Assembly (NCBI GenBank): GCA_000934665.2
Contig: KZ538494.1
Location: 186,001 to 222,101 of the forward strand
Origin: Catajapyx aquilonaris
Lineage: Eukaryota
DNA length: 36,101 nt
Reading direction: 5' to 3'
Positions 24,300 through 36,101 of this stretch are shown here, piece after piece. The stretch's first letter is position 1; each line of letters begins with the position of its first letter. The notes under the pieces are model-generated. The model was not told the DNA's origin. It saw only the letters and a list, made by a program, of their open reading frames with translations, and ran no database searches. The translations under genes and the position numbers were made by a program.

Positions 24300-24779
24300 C
24301 TACGAGAAAAAATAAATTCTCTTTCCCCTCATTTATTCGAGGGAACTGAATTTACCACGCACTTATGCAGTATTGCCTGCTCCTCCAGCTCAGCTTCCAG
24401 GCTTTTACAGCATTAGGTCCATTAGGAGTGTGCTTTTTGTTGGAATATAAATTCGGGCCATTGTGATTCAGACAACTGAGCCCTTTTTAGAGATCTAGAA
24501 AATATTTAAAAAGGGGGGGGGGGGGGGGAAGGTTTTCTCTCTCTCTCTCTACGGTGGCATGACGTGATTATACATGCCACCAGCGGCCTCAGATGTTACT
24601 GCAGTGATACCGTGTAATCTGAGAGGACTTATTGCAAACCAGCCCGACTGGTTAATTGGGACACGTGCATGGACAAGCTGATGCCGCCGGACTCGCAAGA
24701 AACTGTGGCGTACCCAGCCGTTGCTAACGAATGGACTCACTCTGCCGACATCCATGCTGATTATGTGCTGCCGTTTATA

Positions 24780-25734
24780 CAGGGTGTTTCATAATGATTC
24801 GGACAAACGCCTAGGGTGTAAACTTCATTATAAAATCATTGTGTACAGAACTGTCTTTGATCATGCTCCTGAAGTAAGCCTTATTCCGTAGCAGTAGCAA
24901 TGCCGATAGGTGTGTGACTGATTTTTTCTTGTTCTTCCTTGAATACGGATACTGAAGAGACACAGCCATACCGAATTGGACAAGTTAATCCATATGATTA
25001 CCTTGTCCAAATCGGTGTGGCCATCTGGCAGGCGAGTTTATTGCGAGAACTCCTAGGCATCTGTACTAATGTGTACGCTACTTTTCAATGGAAAATTATT
25101 ACTTTAAACAACTGATGACGTCCGTTCTCGTGGACAGGTTTCTAATAATATTTTTGAGTAATTTTTTGAAACGCGCATGCTAGTATTTTATTATTCAGCT
25201 CTCACTTGCAAATAAGCGTTATCCATTGAATTTGTAGGCGAAGCAAGAAAAATAAAGCTGAGGAAAGGATGGCACAGACACTTTTGGAACCGGGATTTAA
25301 TAAAAACCCGCCGAGGAGAGCCACAGGAAACCTTTACTGGAGAATTGCCAGTACTGAGGATAAAGCCCCAAGAAATCTCTCATGACATGCCTGAAGCCTG
25401 CATCGCAAACAAGATTACATCAGTGTCGTAATAGCTACGTTCTCAGGAAATAACCAAGACAAACTGATTGCTTACATGTTATGCAATGGACACCAACGAT
25501 TCCAAACGTGTTCCAAAATCTGAGCAGCAGCATGACCGAATAAAACGTGCACTGAAGTCCAGGGAAAAAGTCAAGTTTTTCATCATATTTCATTTTTGTT
25601 GGGAAAAACTTTTCAGGTTTATAATATGTGTGGCGTAGTAGTGATCAAATATTTCTGACACAAACTTTTGTGAATATTCTACGCCCATCATAATGTTCTG
25701 TTTCTCTATTTTGAAAATTTATTTCCGAACCCTG
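24780..25734 (+). mobile_element. Old internally deleted Tc1/mariner-type DNA transposon
   Basis: Starts TA|CAGGGTGTTTCATAATG and ends ACCCTG|TA (only the outer TIR bases still match). About 25370-25575 gives broken frames SHDMPEAC, VLRK*PRQT, NVFQN and RIK/CTEVQG, resembling the C-terminus of such transposases. Right boundary is uncertain. Confidence 0.5.
24965..25021. repeat. 57-bp inverted repeat (26-bp arms, 3 mismatches, 5-nt loop)
   Basis: GCCATACCGAATTGGACAAGTTAATC - CATAT - GATTACCTTGTCCAAATCGGTGTGGC. Confidence 0.85.
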
Positions 25735-26448
25735 TAATACGGCAATTTCATCTCTTTAAGCCTCATTTCACCATATTAATATAGTTACCGAAAATTATCT
25801 CCAAACAGCAGGCACCCAACTTACGACCTGCATCGTATCCAAAATATGCCTGCATGATGTAGGTTAGCAAACCTAATCTCAGTGCTGCATACCATGCAGC
25901 CAAGCAAGGCTTCACCCGGTTGAGCCCACCAAAGTTTACTCCATCCGTCAGCACCGCCTCACACACGCTCTATCAACCATCTCTATCCTAACCTACAGGA
26001 CAGCATCACCCGCATCCTACAGTCCCCGCATAATTAATAGCTGCAAAATTTCATCGCAATTGCGGCAAATAAACAGGGTCCCCGTATTAGTGGTTTTGGG
26101 CCCCGATTTTGGGGCTGCTCCCCTGGGCACAATTCCAGTCCCTGCCGGCTGCTGGGTGAAGGCCTCCAAGTCCTAATGAAAACCACGTAGTAGGCGGGTA
26201 CACCTCCATCAGCAAGGGAATCTTCCTCTACAATAGCGGCCCGTCCATCCAAGGTTGGACAGATTTGGGCGGTCCTCGTCCTAAACTTATTAACCCCGTA
26301 CCCAGGGACTGGCATGGCATTGCAGCTAACGACAAGGGACTGAGCCAAATTATATTATTATTTTTTTTGCTAAAAGTAAACGCTGCTAGTGCTGCCCAAA
26401 ATAATAGCAGTTGACTCGAGATACAATAATTTATTATAACAATTTATA

Positions 26449-26663
26449 CATGGTGTCTCAACTTTTTTGTCCGCCGAACAGTTATCGGAAAAGCCTATGT
26501 ATCTTCTAGCTATGTAGCCAGAATGATGCCCCAACATTCCTGGCACATCCCTCAACTGTTTAGGGATGTGCCAGGAATGTTGGGGCATATTCTGGCTACA
26601 TATAGCTAGAAGCTACATAGGCTTTTCCGATAACTGTTCGGACAAAAAAGTTGAGACACCCTG
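26449..26663. mobile_element. 215-bp foldback MITE of Tc1/mariner type with TA target duplication
   Basis: TA|CA(T/G)GGTGTCTCAACTTTTTTGTCC ... GGACAAAAAAGTTGAGACACCCTG|TA. Arms 26449-26556 and 26558-26663 are reverse complements apart from 3 substitutions and 3 small indels; centre at 26557. Confidence 0.92.
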
Positions 26664-28569
26664 TATAAAAATTAACCATAATTAAAATAAATAAAATTCT
26701 TGGATCTGTATACGATAAAATAGCCGCATACTTGTATGATATCAGAATTAAACGAAATAAAAACAAGCAAAATAATTTTGCTGATTTTTATTTCATTTAT
26801 CCGTTATTTCGTTATTGCAATCCACATTGAGCGGTGTTGGAGGCTGCTCTTCACATGCCTGCCTCAGGCGATAAGTTCCAACCTGATTTTTACGAGAGGT
26901 CGCCACATGGTGGCCGCAAAGTGTGGTCTCTGGCGGCCGCTACAAAAATATTAGCGTGATCGCAAGCCATCAGTGCAACATTATGGTAAATCGTGCATCG
27001 CATTCGGTCATAAATAATGAGGATGGATGAAAAGGTTTTTTTCCACCTGCGGGTTGCACACCGGGGCGGGTTTTTTTCCTCGGTTACCAGCGAGTAAAAC
27101 TGTGGGAAAATGTGCTGAGGGAAGAGGATTGGGGGGGTCCAGGTCCAGGGGAAGGCCAGCTGGTAGTCTCCCAGTCGAGTTCAGTGCCAACTTATCGATT
27201 GGGAAGCTGGGAGTAGACTACTGTACTGCTAGTAGTGGAGAGAGAAAAGGGAGGGGGGGGGGGGAAAGAGAAGGGCCTGGAGCCCCAACCTCCTCCATGC
27301 ACCTTGTTCCTCTCCATTTTCCTCGCTCTCAGCCCAAATTCGACTCCAAACTCAATTCTTCTCATCCCCGTTGCAGCGCTTGCTTGCCTCATGCATATAC
27401 TCCGCCAGGGACCAACTAAAAAGAAGAGGCGACAACTCTCTTCCTCACTTACTCACTTCAGCTCCTTTTTCCATTTAATCCCTGGACCCTCTCTTCCTAT
27501 TTCTACTGCGGATTCTTCTTTTTTTTTCAAGCTCAGAAGTGATATTTTTTTCCCAAACTCTATAGTGCACAGCCACTGCATACAGAGCCGGGGCTGGAGA
27601 ACCAGCTTTTATTGGGGACTAAAAAAATATGCACAGTGGTATCGATCAGGAAGCAATACTTCGCACAGGGGGACAGGATGTGAAATTAGGGCAGGTTTTG
27701 GCCCTCAATGATTGGATTCCATCTGCGAAAAACAGCTCTGCATGCGGATCCAGTTACAAAGCACATAGTCATGCACAATATTGGATGTACTGGCAGTCCA
27801 GTATACTGTTTCGGACAATGCTCCATGGAATAAACTGGTTGTGCTCTCTTCCGATGTAGCGCGTGTTGATAACAAGATTCGACTAAATTAAATTTAAATT
27901 AATTTTGACACGACAATATGGGCATATCCGTATGAAATGTTGCGATAGCACTGGTGACGATTGCCTCGAAACAGCGGATCTGCATTATTTTTCAGCTTAT
28001 ATTACTAGAGTGGTATGGACGCATTCGTCACGCCAGTTCCGAAAAATAATGAGCCCCATCTTCGTATCCGATTCAAAAAGAATCGCGACAATTGCGACAT
28101 CGGAATTTTTCATTAAGCTGTAAGTAGGGATGCATGTCACCTCCCAAAAAATAATAACAAGCGCTACTTATCGGCAGGACTACATGAATGCATTTCCCCC
28201 CAAAAAGGCCTTCTGGTGGGAGGGCTATATCGACTAAATGAGGGGCGGCCCTGGGTCTCTGTACGATCCAACATTGCCTCACGTCCTTGGATCCCGTTTT
28301 TTTCCGCCTCACCGGCTCTCCATTATTTTTCTTCAGGCTTGCCCACCGTGTCGCGCACGAAACAGGCCTCCCAATGAAAGGACAGCCTCGGCACGATCGC
28401 TTTTCATGAATTCAATATGTGCGCTTTAATTTTGTGGTAGGTGACAAAAATTCGGAGCGCCAAACTCTAGTGTGGACGTGGAGATGATGAGGTTGTCCTG
28501 CTATATGTTACCGTCATCCGACTATCTATACATCATGTCAGAGAGACCTGTCAGGGACCTCTTCCCAAT

Positions 28570-28810
28570 TTGAGACAGGTGTTCTGTTTGTCTTCCATTC
28601 CTTCTGTCAACTGCCAACTTTTTCCAGCTGCCATCAACTCTAATCGATGTCACTCGCCAACAAAAATCTGCTATATTTTTCTCTCGTCCACTTGCACATT
28701 TTTTTGTTGTCCAAACTCCCTTCGGAGACAGTCGGTTTGTTATTCTTTATCTCAGGACCGGACATGCTCTCTCAAAAATTCAACTCCGCAGTTTACAAAC
28801 TGCCTGATCA
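28570..28810 (-). mobile_element. Decayed RTE-like LINE 3' end
   Basis: Broken minus frames LNF, EHVR, VSEGSLD, KKCASGREK, GSWKKLAVDR and EWK follow the RTE C-terminal pattern L.FFGHV.R...EG...GKR.RGR...W..LA.DR..W. Confidence 0.45.
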
Positions 28811-31695
28811 AACAAAATCGTAACAAGAACTATATCACGACAATATCGGGATGTTAAAGTTTCACGAAAGTTATACACTGGGTGTGTGCTAAGCGGCCAG
28901 TAAAGGGCTATGATCAGGCTGACATATTAAATAATAACAACGCTATTAAATTGATCGTCGACTAGGTTGGAAACACATTGCCTCAAGACATTTGCATTCT
29001 CGCTTCCTTTCATATTCATACAGTATTCGCATGCAAAATGTACCACTTCTGAGGAAAGCGCAGTTGAATCGCACGGTCAGCATTAAACCAATATTCCACA
29101 ACAACTGTATGAGGTAATACTATTTTATGAGATTATGGTTACGCCTACATTATGTTCTTTGAAAATTTATTGTCTGTAGGTGCGAAGTACAGGATACCTG
29201 AATAGGGGCGTGCAATGAGGAATATATGGCTGGTTACCCTGAATCAAAATTTGATCAAAGCACTGCACACCAGAACAAGACACCTGTTCGGTCCTGAACA
29301 GCACAACATCACAACAATTTGTAAAATTTCTCTGAAACACGTCCCTGCTTTGTGGGCTATAAACTGACTTTACTTCTGAGATATGATGTCCAATAGTGGG
29401 CAGTCACAAATTCAAATATGAAATAATTGAAAGTAAAGTATACCGGTATTGTAGTATTTTCGGTAATCAAGTATATATATCAATGACAAAAAGCTGATTA
29501 CCAAAACCTGTGAATTAAATGACACAATTTTACCCGTGGACAAGTCCAACACTTCAATAACACTAGTGCTTTATTTATATTTTCCTGCCGAAGAGGTGAC
29601 GACGTGACGCGGCCCAGAACACTAAAATTGTTATGATACTTCATTACATGCATGTGGAACTGAACTGATCCCAGTTTAAGTAACCAAAACACATCGCGCC
29701 TCATTTTAATCTAACCTGATTCGGTAGGATGAGTTGATATTCCATAGCGTGTAATTGATATTTGCCTATAAAATTGTCCAGTAGCAGCCTAAACACACTA
29801 CATAATGTAACCATATTTTACTAATTATATTTAAACAGTCTCTCCTGTTGGATTACTTAAAAACAGTACCAGTTATAACTAGGCCTATCTGACTGATGTA
29901 AACTGTACTCAACTTCAGCAGATTTTACATTATTGCCTAGTAATATTTTCATCAATTCCTTTTACTATCTTTAATATTATTCATCATCAGAACTCTCTAC
30001 ACATTCTCAATACATACCGCTGAGAATATTCCTGCCTCGCACAGCAGTAGTCATTTGCGCATATGCGGCTACGACATGAACTATACTTCCTTCACCAGCT
30101 CCATTTGTGACTTTAGTAATGCTAATAAGGGCCCTAGAAACTATATTATCTTTTTATTTATACATCCAGTACAGCAGGTAGGCATAGCTATTAGGCTCGG
30201 AGGCACGCAGAATAATCTGGCAGTTGTGGCATAATACGCTCTGATTGCGTGCCTGATGACAGACAAACGCTATTACGCCAGGTGGCACTGCTGTAATAAT
30301 ACACACTGTTTTGTTGGAGCAGATTAATAAATTTTATTAATATATAGCGATGAACCTTCGCGCTTCATTTTGCGCGTATATTATAACACTGGCCTATGTC
30401 CTGCCGATAGTACACACGTGGCGTGGGTGAGATGAAGCACCCCGAAATGGGAAATTGGGAGGGGTGGGTGCCAAGGGTGTTAATCAATGGCGAGCTTTAC
30501 CAGCCACGCACCTGCACCAAATGGGAAGGAGGCCCCAACCAGAGCCAAGCCAGCCAAAGCCAGCCAGGGAGCAGAAAAGGAATCGATTCTGAATGATCTT
30601 GGGTACGTGGCTTTTATACCCTACCCTGTATACCAGTATTAAGCAAAAGTCGCTGAGCCAAATGAGACTGGAATCAATGCGCTGGGAGATAAAATGCCAG
30701 GGGAAGTCATTGCCCTTCACTATATATACAGCCCATGCAGAGTGTGGGACAAAAAAAGTTGACCGTCAAATAAGCATGTTCCTTGAATCTGAAGGGATTT
30801 AATGCAAAAATGTCATATCTGCTTATAACAGTTATGATAAAATTAAGAAAAAAACATTTGAATATAAACAAAGGTAGATTTTATGTAACATCATTCGATT
30901 ATGCACGTTTCCTCTTTGTTAGAAATTTGAAAGGAGCAATATATACTTCAGTCATATGTATTTCATTACGTTACTTACATTATCATACACATATTAATTT
31001 TGTTACATGATATTTTATAAACATATGTTTTGAAAATATTTGAGACTGTGCACTCCTTGGTTCAGCCCCTCAGCGATTTTGGATCAACAACAGCAAATAT
31101 AACATTTTATCATTATCAGCAAGGCCATCCAAGACGCGACTTATTCAATACCAATTACCAACAACTGAGTGCGTCACTAATCAGCCTACGATATAAGTTA
31201 ATCTAAGCCTACAAAAACACTCCCTCTGTGATATATGAAATAAATAATGAGGATCATTAAATTCGCTCCCCCCAAATCGGAGCTCGCTTTTTTCACCTGC
31301 GCCCTCTCAAAATACCTTCCCTGCATTAGTCCTATTCTACAAAAATCCCCTCACCCTACTAGGTCCTACTCGTGGTACCTTAAAAAAACTGCCATTCTCC
31401 CTCCCTCCTAATCAAAAATTTAACGCCCTCTTATCGATTAGTCGTAGCTGGCCCAAAAGCCCGCGTTGCCACCTCGCCCTTTGGCCGCCCTGCAACTTTT
31501 TAGCATAAAAAGAGGTCCTCCAAGTGTGGTGTCACATAAACCATCCAGTAATGAGATTGTACCTGAAAATATTTTTCCCGGCGATAATTCTCTGCATCAT
31601 TTGTATAACCTGCTTCAAGTACTACCTGCTTCAGAATTCATCAATCCAAATAGAGATTCGGGGCCAAGATGTCTAGCTCACTTATATTAAGGTGA

Positions 31696-31715
31696 CCCAC
31701 CCCCACCCCCACCCC
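31696..31715 (-). other. G-quadruplex motif GGGGTGGGGGTGGGGGTGGG
   Basis: Plus strand CCCACCCCCACCCCCACCCC. Confidence 0.7.
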
Positions 31716-34169
31716 TCTCTCCCTTGCTCGAAGCCATGGAAACAGCATAAACATTGCATATGGGACATTATCCACATTCTTATAGCCTCATGTCCATTAG
31801 AATCGTGACAGTTACCGAAGTCCGTGAGACTATTACAGAATCGCGGTCAACCTTTCACGTTTCACTGCCGACATGCAGCATGAACATCGAACCCATATAA
31901 AATTGTCTTGAGAAAAGTGCAGCTTGTTGTCATGAGCTGATTTCCTGCACGTATGAAAAACCATTGCTTTTACCACACACACGTTTGGCACGCACAAAAC
32001 TTTAGAGGGATAATATTGTTGTGTTTTGGAATGTTAACTAGTGTTAGTTCCAACCCTTGGACAGATTCATGTTATTATGTCTCATACGCTTACAATAATA
32101 AACGCAAAGGTTCACATTGCGATGATGCCTGATTGAGACAATAGAAGCGGCAACAATAGTGCAGAAGTATTTGTCCGGCATTTAAAATCTCAGTCTTCAC
32201 ATTTCTCCACCAGAAATTCGCATGTTTTCAAAAACCACGGATATAGAGGCTTTCCTTGTGGATTCATTTCCCGGCGATATCAACAAAATACTTTCGCTCC
32301 TACGTCAAAATATGTTCAGCCAAGAACGGGAAAGAGAGCCGAAATTAATTTCCTGCTCAGCGGGCTATTTCGCTGTTGAATTTTTGTGAGCAAAATATTG
32401 GTTGTATTTATCCATTCGGAAGCAATCTTTTTTTCCCGTCTCCAACAAATATTTAATATTCGCTTGGCAATTCTATTCGCGCATCTAAGCTAACAAAAAA
32501 GCACCTTTGTAAACATCAAGCCCTATTCGTATAAAACGGTACCAAAAAAACGATCAATATCAATACATATCACTACCGATAATCCTGGCATTAGATTGTC
32601 TCTGTTCCATGATATTCGACGTTAACAGGTTGACATTCGATGCTTGTCGTTCAGTTGATTCATTACGGAATGTTCATTAATATTTCATAAAGGACTCAAG
32701 TGTCACCTCCCCGTCTGAAATCCCAAGTAGTGCAAGACAATATAATTATGCTGAGGTTATACCAAGTGATGTATAGTCCGTATTGGCACTCTAAAAGTTC
32801 TGTGCAATAGACATGCAAAACATATCCTGGCACTATGCAACCATCATCACTCTATCAGGTTAATATAGCAAGGTTAAGTTTTTCGAAAGCATTTTTTGAC
32901 AGCTAATACATGGATTTATTATGTTTATTTTACAAGCGATTAAAACTTTCATCTAATCATAAATATGACAATATTTCAAGGGTTCTCTACAGAGTGTTTA
33001 CGTGCAACTCACCACACACTATTTTTGCAATGTACAAACCCGATGTTATCCCGACACCGTGCATCAGCCACTAAGCAAAGTTTCATTAAAAATTAATCGA
33101 CCTCCCCCCCCCCTGATTAAAACTAATTAAAGTCCTTGTCTGCCATTACAGTCAGTAAACAGATATGAATAACGAATGACCTGACCACTATTGTAATCAG
33201 CAGGCAGTCTCCCGATTAATATCCCTATTCATGCTAGTCAACTCCCTGAAATATTTTTCTCCCACTCCTTCTGAATTAAGATTAGTTTCTTACCGTGATA
33301 CCAACAAGGGACAGCCTGTGTGACGTCACCCATTCAGGTTTCACAGCACGTGAGAGACCTCATTTTTTTCCACCAGTTTTTCCAGGAAATATATCTCTTT
33401 CGTTTCCATCCGTGCCACCCGCACTCAAGACTTCCTTATTTTTCATTCGACCTGACTTTTTTTTCCTGTGTATATGTGGGAGGGAGAGCCATCGCGGTGC
33501 ACCTGTCGCGTGACAAAAGATGGCAGGTTTTCCCCCCAAAAAAACTGTCGAGCTTTGGGAAATGTAAAAATGACAACCTCCGATAGGCTGACGTCCAACC
33601 TCAGAAAAAAAAAAAACCGAGCTGACTTTTTTTTTCCTCCCCAGAAATCTGCTGCTCTTGGGAGTGTTGCGGCCCCAATTAGACCGGATTAGCGCTTTTC
33701 TGGGGGAGGAGTTTTGGAGGCAGGGGGGTGCGATTTTAATTAAAAAGACTGGAGTAGATAGAAAGAGAGGGGCTGATGAAGCCGTTAAAATAAGCGGGGG
33801 CCGATAAGACGCGCCTCCTTGATTGCGCCGTAAACCCCCTCCTGACGCTTAATCCCCGCGGGGGGGTTTACGACGCCTTTTTCCTCCGGATTCCATGACT
33901 CTCATTCCTTGCCTTCAGGGGGGAAGGTCTCGAACCGCTCCGGAACCTGGGCTAACCTCCTTACTAAACCTTAAACCCGTCGCGATTGTCGTGAAATATT
34001 GCCCAAACGCTGATATCATATCTGCTGGATGGCTTCTTTGGAACTGCTGCCACTGCTTTTTAGGGATGTAATTAGGCCTTTAATATGCTCATGAAGCTGA
34101 CTCTGACATCTTGGAATCACATGTGTGCATGTGTCTTCGAGTAATATGGGCAACGATATGTATGCAGAG

Positions 34170-34430
34170 GGACTATTCTTTACTTCAAGAAGCTTTTTTG
34201 ATGAAGGCCTGACTTGATGACTCGAAATGATGACACCCAGAAGACGGAAGTAGGTGATCACTTGAATGTAGCCAACAGAGAGTAGTTGGGAGAGAAAGGA
34301 ATACTGCGATTTGCAATGCAAAAACTGAGGAAAATGGTAGGTACTTGAGATAAAGTTTGGTGAGATGGATGTCACTTTTTTTCTCCAGTTTTGTCAGAGT
34401 TGAAATGTCAGAGGAAAAAGGGTAGCTGTT
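34170..34430 (-). mobile_element. Decayed LINE (CR1/L2-like) RT C-terminal fragment
   Basis: Two overlapping minus ORFs give DISTLTKLEKKSDIHL...KYLPFS, IQVITYFRLLGVIISS and FIKKAS, in the order of DL..L..W...N.M.LN..K / IE.V..FKLLGV.ISS / I.KKAS. Confidence 0.5.
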
Positions 34431-36095
34431 CATAATAACACAAAGGCGACCTAATGGGCAGAGCCGTAAATAAAATATTGATTCTAGGTGATGCACGATT
34501 ATTGCAAACTACTGCAAATGGTGTGGATCAGCTGCACTGTACACGCATTATGCGTTTATGTACCACATACTCCGGCTTACTGGGGACTGTGATGGTGTGT
34601 TGATAAAAGCAAAGTTTTCTGGCCAGGGATTTTTGATCCAAAAGTGTTTGCTTATATCACAAAATGTAACATCTGTAGCGAAAAAAGGGTCAGAAGGTCA
34701 AAAGTGTCAAAAGTCTTGTGCTTGTACAGTATATTGCAGAAGCCTGGTAATGGACACGAGAGCTTCTGGGCAAGTATGGGCCTAGTGTGCATAAGGCCTA
34801 TACTTCTCCTGCAGAAGCACTATTTGAAAATCATATCATGTTGGCTCAACCTACTTTGGCCACTTTGACTACTTTATGAATAAATCACGACAGTGGCCGA
34901 GAACCTTCATGTTCACTGAATACGACACTGTAGGGTCTATAATCCTTCATGCTCACACTGTATGGCTGGAACTAGATGGTTCGATAATACTTAATGTCCA
35001 ACTTTATTTCATGTTGTTCTTGTTTCCTGAAAATTGAAATAGCCGGAATAATGTAGCACAGGTCACAATGCCTTTCTGTTCGCATATTAGAAACCATAAA
35101 AAATCTATTAACAAGCAATAGCAGTGGCATCTGGAAAATCGGATAGCATGGAGAGCATTCCCGCAGAGTCTAATATTCTTCATGAAATATGCTCTGCAAG
35201 CCAATAATTATTGAAAATAATTTTGTTAGGAAACCTTTGTGGAATCAGTGGAACGCACTGGAGCGGTTATCGAATTTTCTTATATGGCATGAAGTAATGC
35301 CCTGTCGATACTACTGTAACGCAGAAAATATTGTCGATACTTTATTAAAACATAGTTAAGGTTAGAGGCTCTTGGTAAAGCACTGTACACCACATGATAG
35401 GCAGTACAGCAGGATGACACAACGCGGTCTCCCACATTACTGTTCCACATGCATACTAAATGGTGGTTATTCCGCAACGATTATGTAGCATATATGGCAT
35501 CAGTTTATATGATTCAGTTGCAATTCTCATAAGCATTATTAAATAACACGCACGGACTCCAGCTCCTATGAGCCAAACATGAGTGAAATGGTACAGTCCC
35601 ATTATTCACATTACTAAATTAATAGCAACGGCGTAATAAGCTGTCAAAACTTAAGAGTGCATTAGAACAGTCTGGAAGAATTCGCTAAATTATGCAGTTG
35701 ACTCTGGAAACTTACAACCTTCCAGCACTTTGCTATACGAACGCCCACTCTCCAAGTAGACATCGAGTTTTCCATTTCCCCAGGTCAGCTCTCCTAACGA
35801 GCCAAAACAATAGTTATAACCGCCTCATATTATTACTGCTAATTTTGTTAAAACAGGCGCGAAATTGTGGGCCATTAACAATAAACAGTTTGGCCGAATC
35901 CTCTAATTTCCATGTTGAACTGCACCAGCTGGTAATGAACATGTAGAAACATACGTTAAATTACGTGACATAATTTTTGTGCGCAAGGTATGGCCCTGGC
36001 AAGTTCCTATCTAATCTAATATATATAAAGCCCCAATCCGAGGAGGATATAGGATGGAAAAGATCTCCCACTTCCCGAGGTCGGAGAGACGTCGG

Positions 36096-36101
36096 ACTTA
36101 C
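36096..36101 (-). other. Consensus 5' splice-site hexamer GTAAGT at the window boundary
   Basis: The last six bases ACTTAC read GTAAGT on the minus strand; any exon would lie outside the window. Confidence 0.4.

Noticed and set aside
25112..25142. Hammerhead-like CTGATGA-C-GTCC...GGAC
   Set aside because: GAAA is absent after stem II and no stems I/III were found.
30585..30620. Minus-strand TATAAAAG with downstream TCATTC Inr
   Set aside because: TATA-to-Inr spacing is 24 nt rather than about 30.
6535..31630. Seven CAGGTAG (Zelda-type) heptamers across both strands
   Set aside because: Dispersed rather than clustered, and only about twice a rough chance expectation.
1020..35946. ORF track entries as real genes
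   Set aside because: All are under 160 aa, often overlap in several frames, are dominated by homopolymer-derived F/K/P/G runs, and show no recognisable domain apart from TE relics.

Overview
Eukaryotic, probably invertebrate metazoan, non-coding DNA with one assembly gap (10439-10721). I cannot support any intact protein-coding gene: the ORFs in the track look like chance ORFs over low-complexity tracts or decayed transposon fragments. Clear features are a full-length tRNA-derived SINE with a V/Meta-type core, an (ATT)n tail and a 9-bp TSD; a 215-bp spacer-less foldback Tc1/mariner-type MITE; two related Tc1/mariner element ends; and several micro/minisatellites. Less certain are decayed transposase and LINE remnants. 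AT-rich, TE-littered spacers alternate with about 20 GC-richer, motif-dense islands, as expected of a regulatory landscape or large intron. The window ends exactly on a minus-strand GTAAGT donor, and two minus-strand polypyrimidine-YAG|GTRAG junctions lie inside it, suggesting (inference only) a long, possibly recursively spliced intron. A TATA-like box/Inr pair with Hes and E-box sites near 23.2 kb may start an unannotated structured non-coding transcript.
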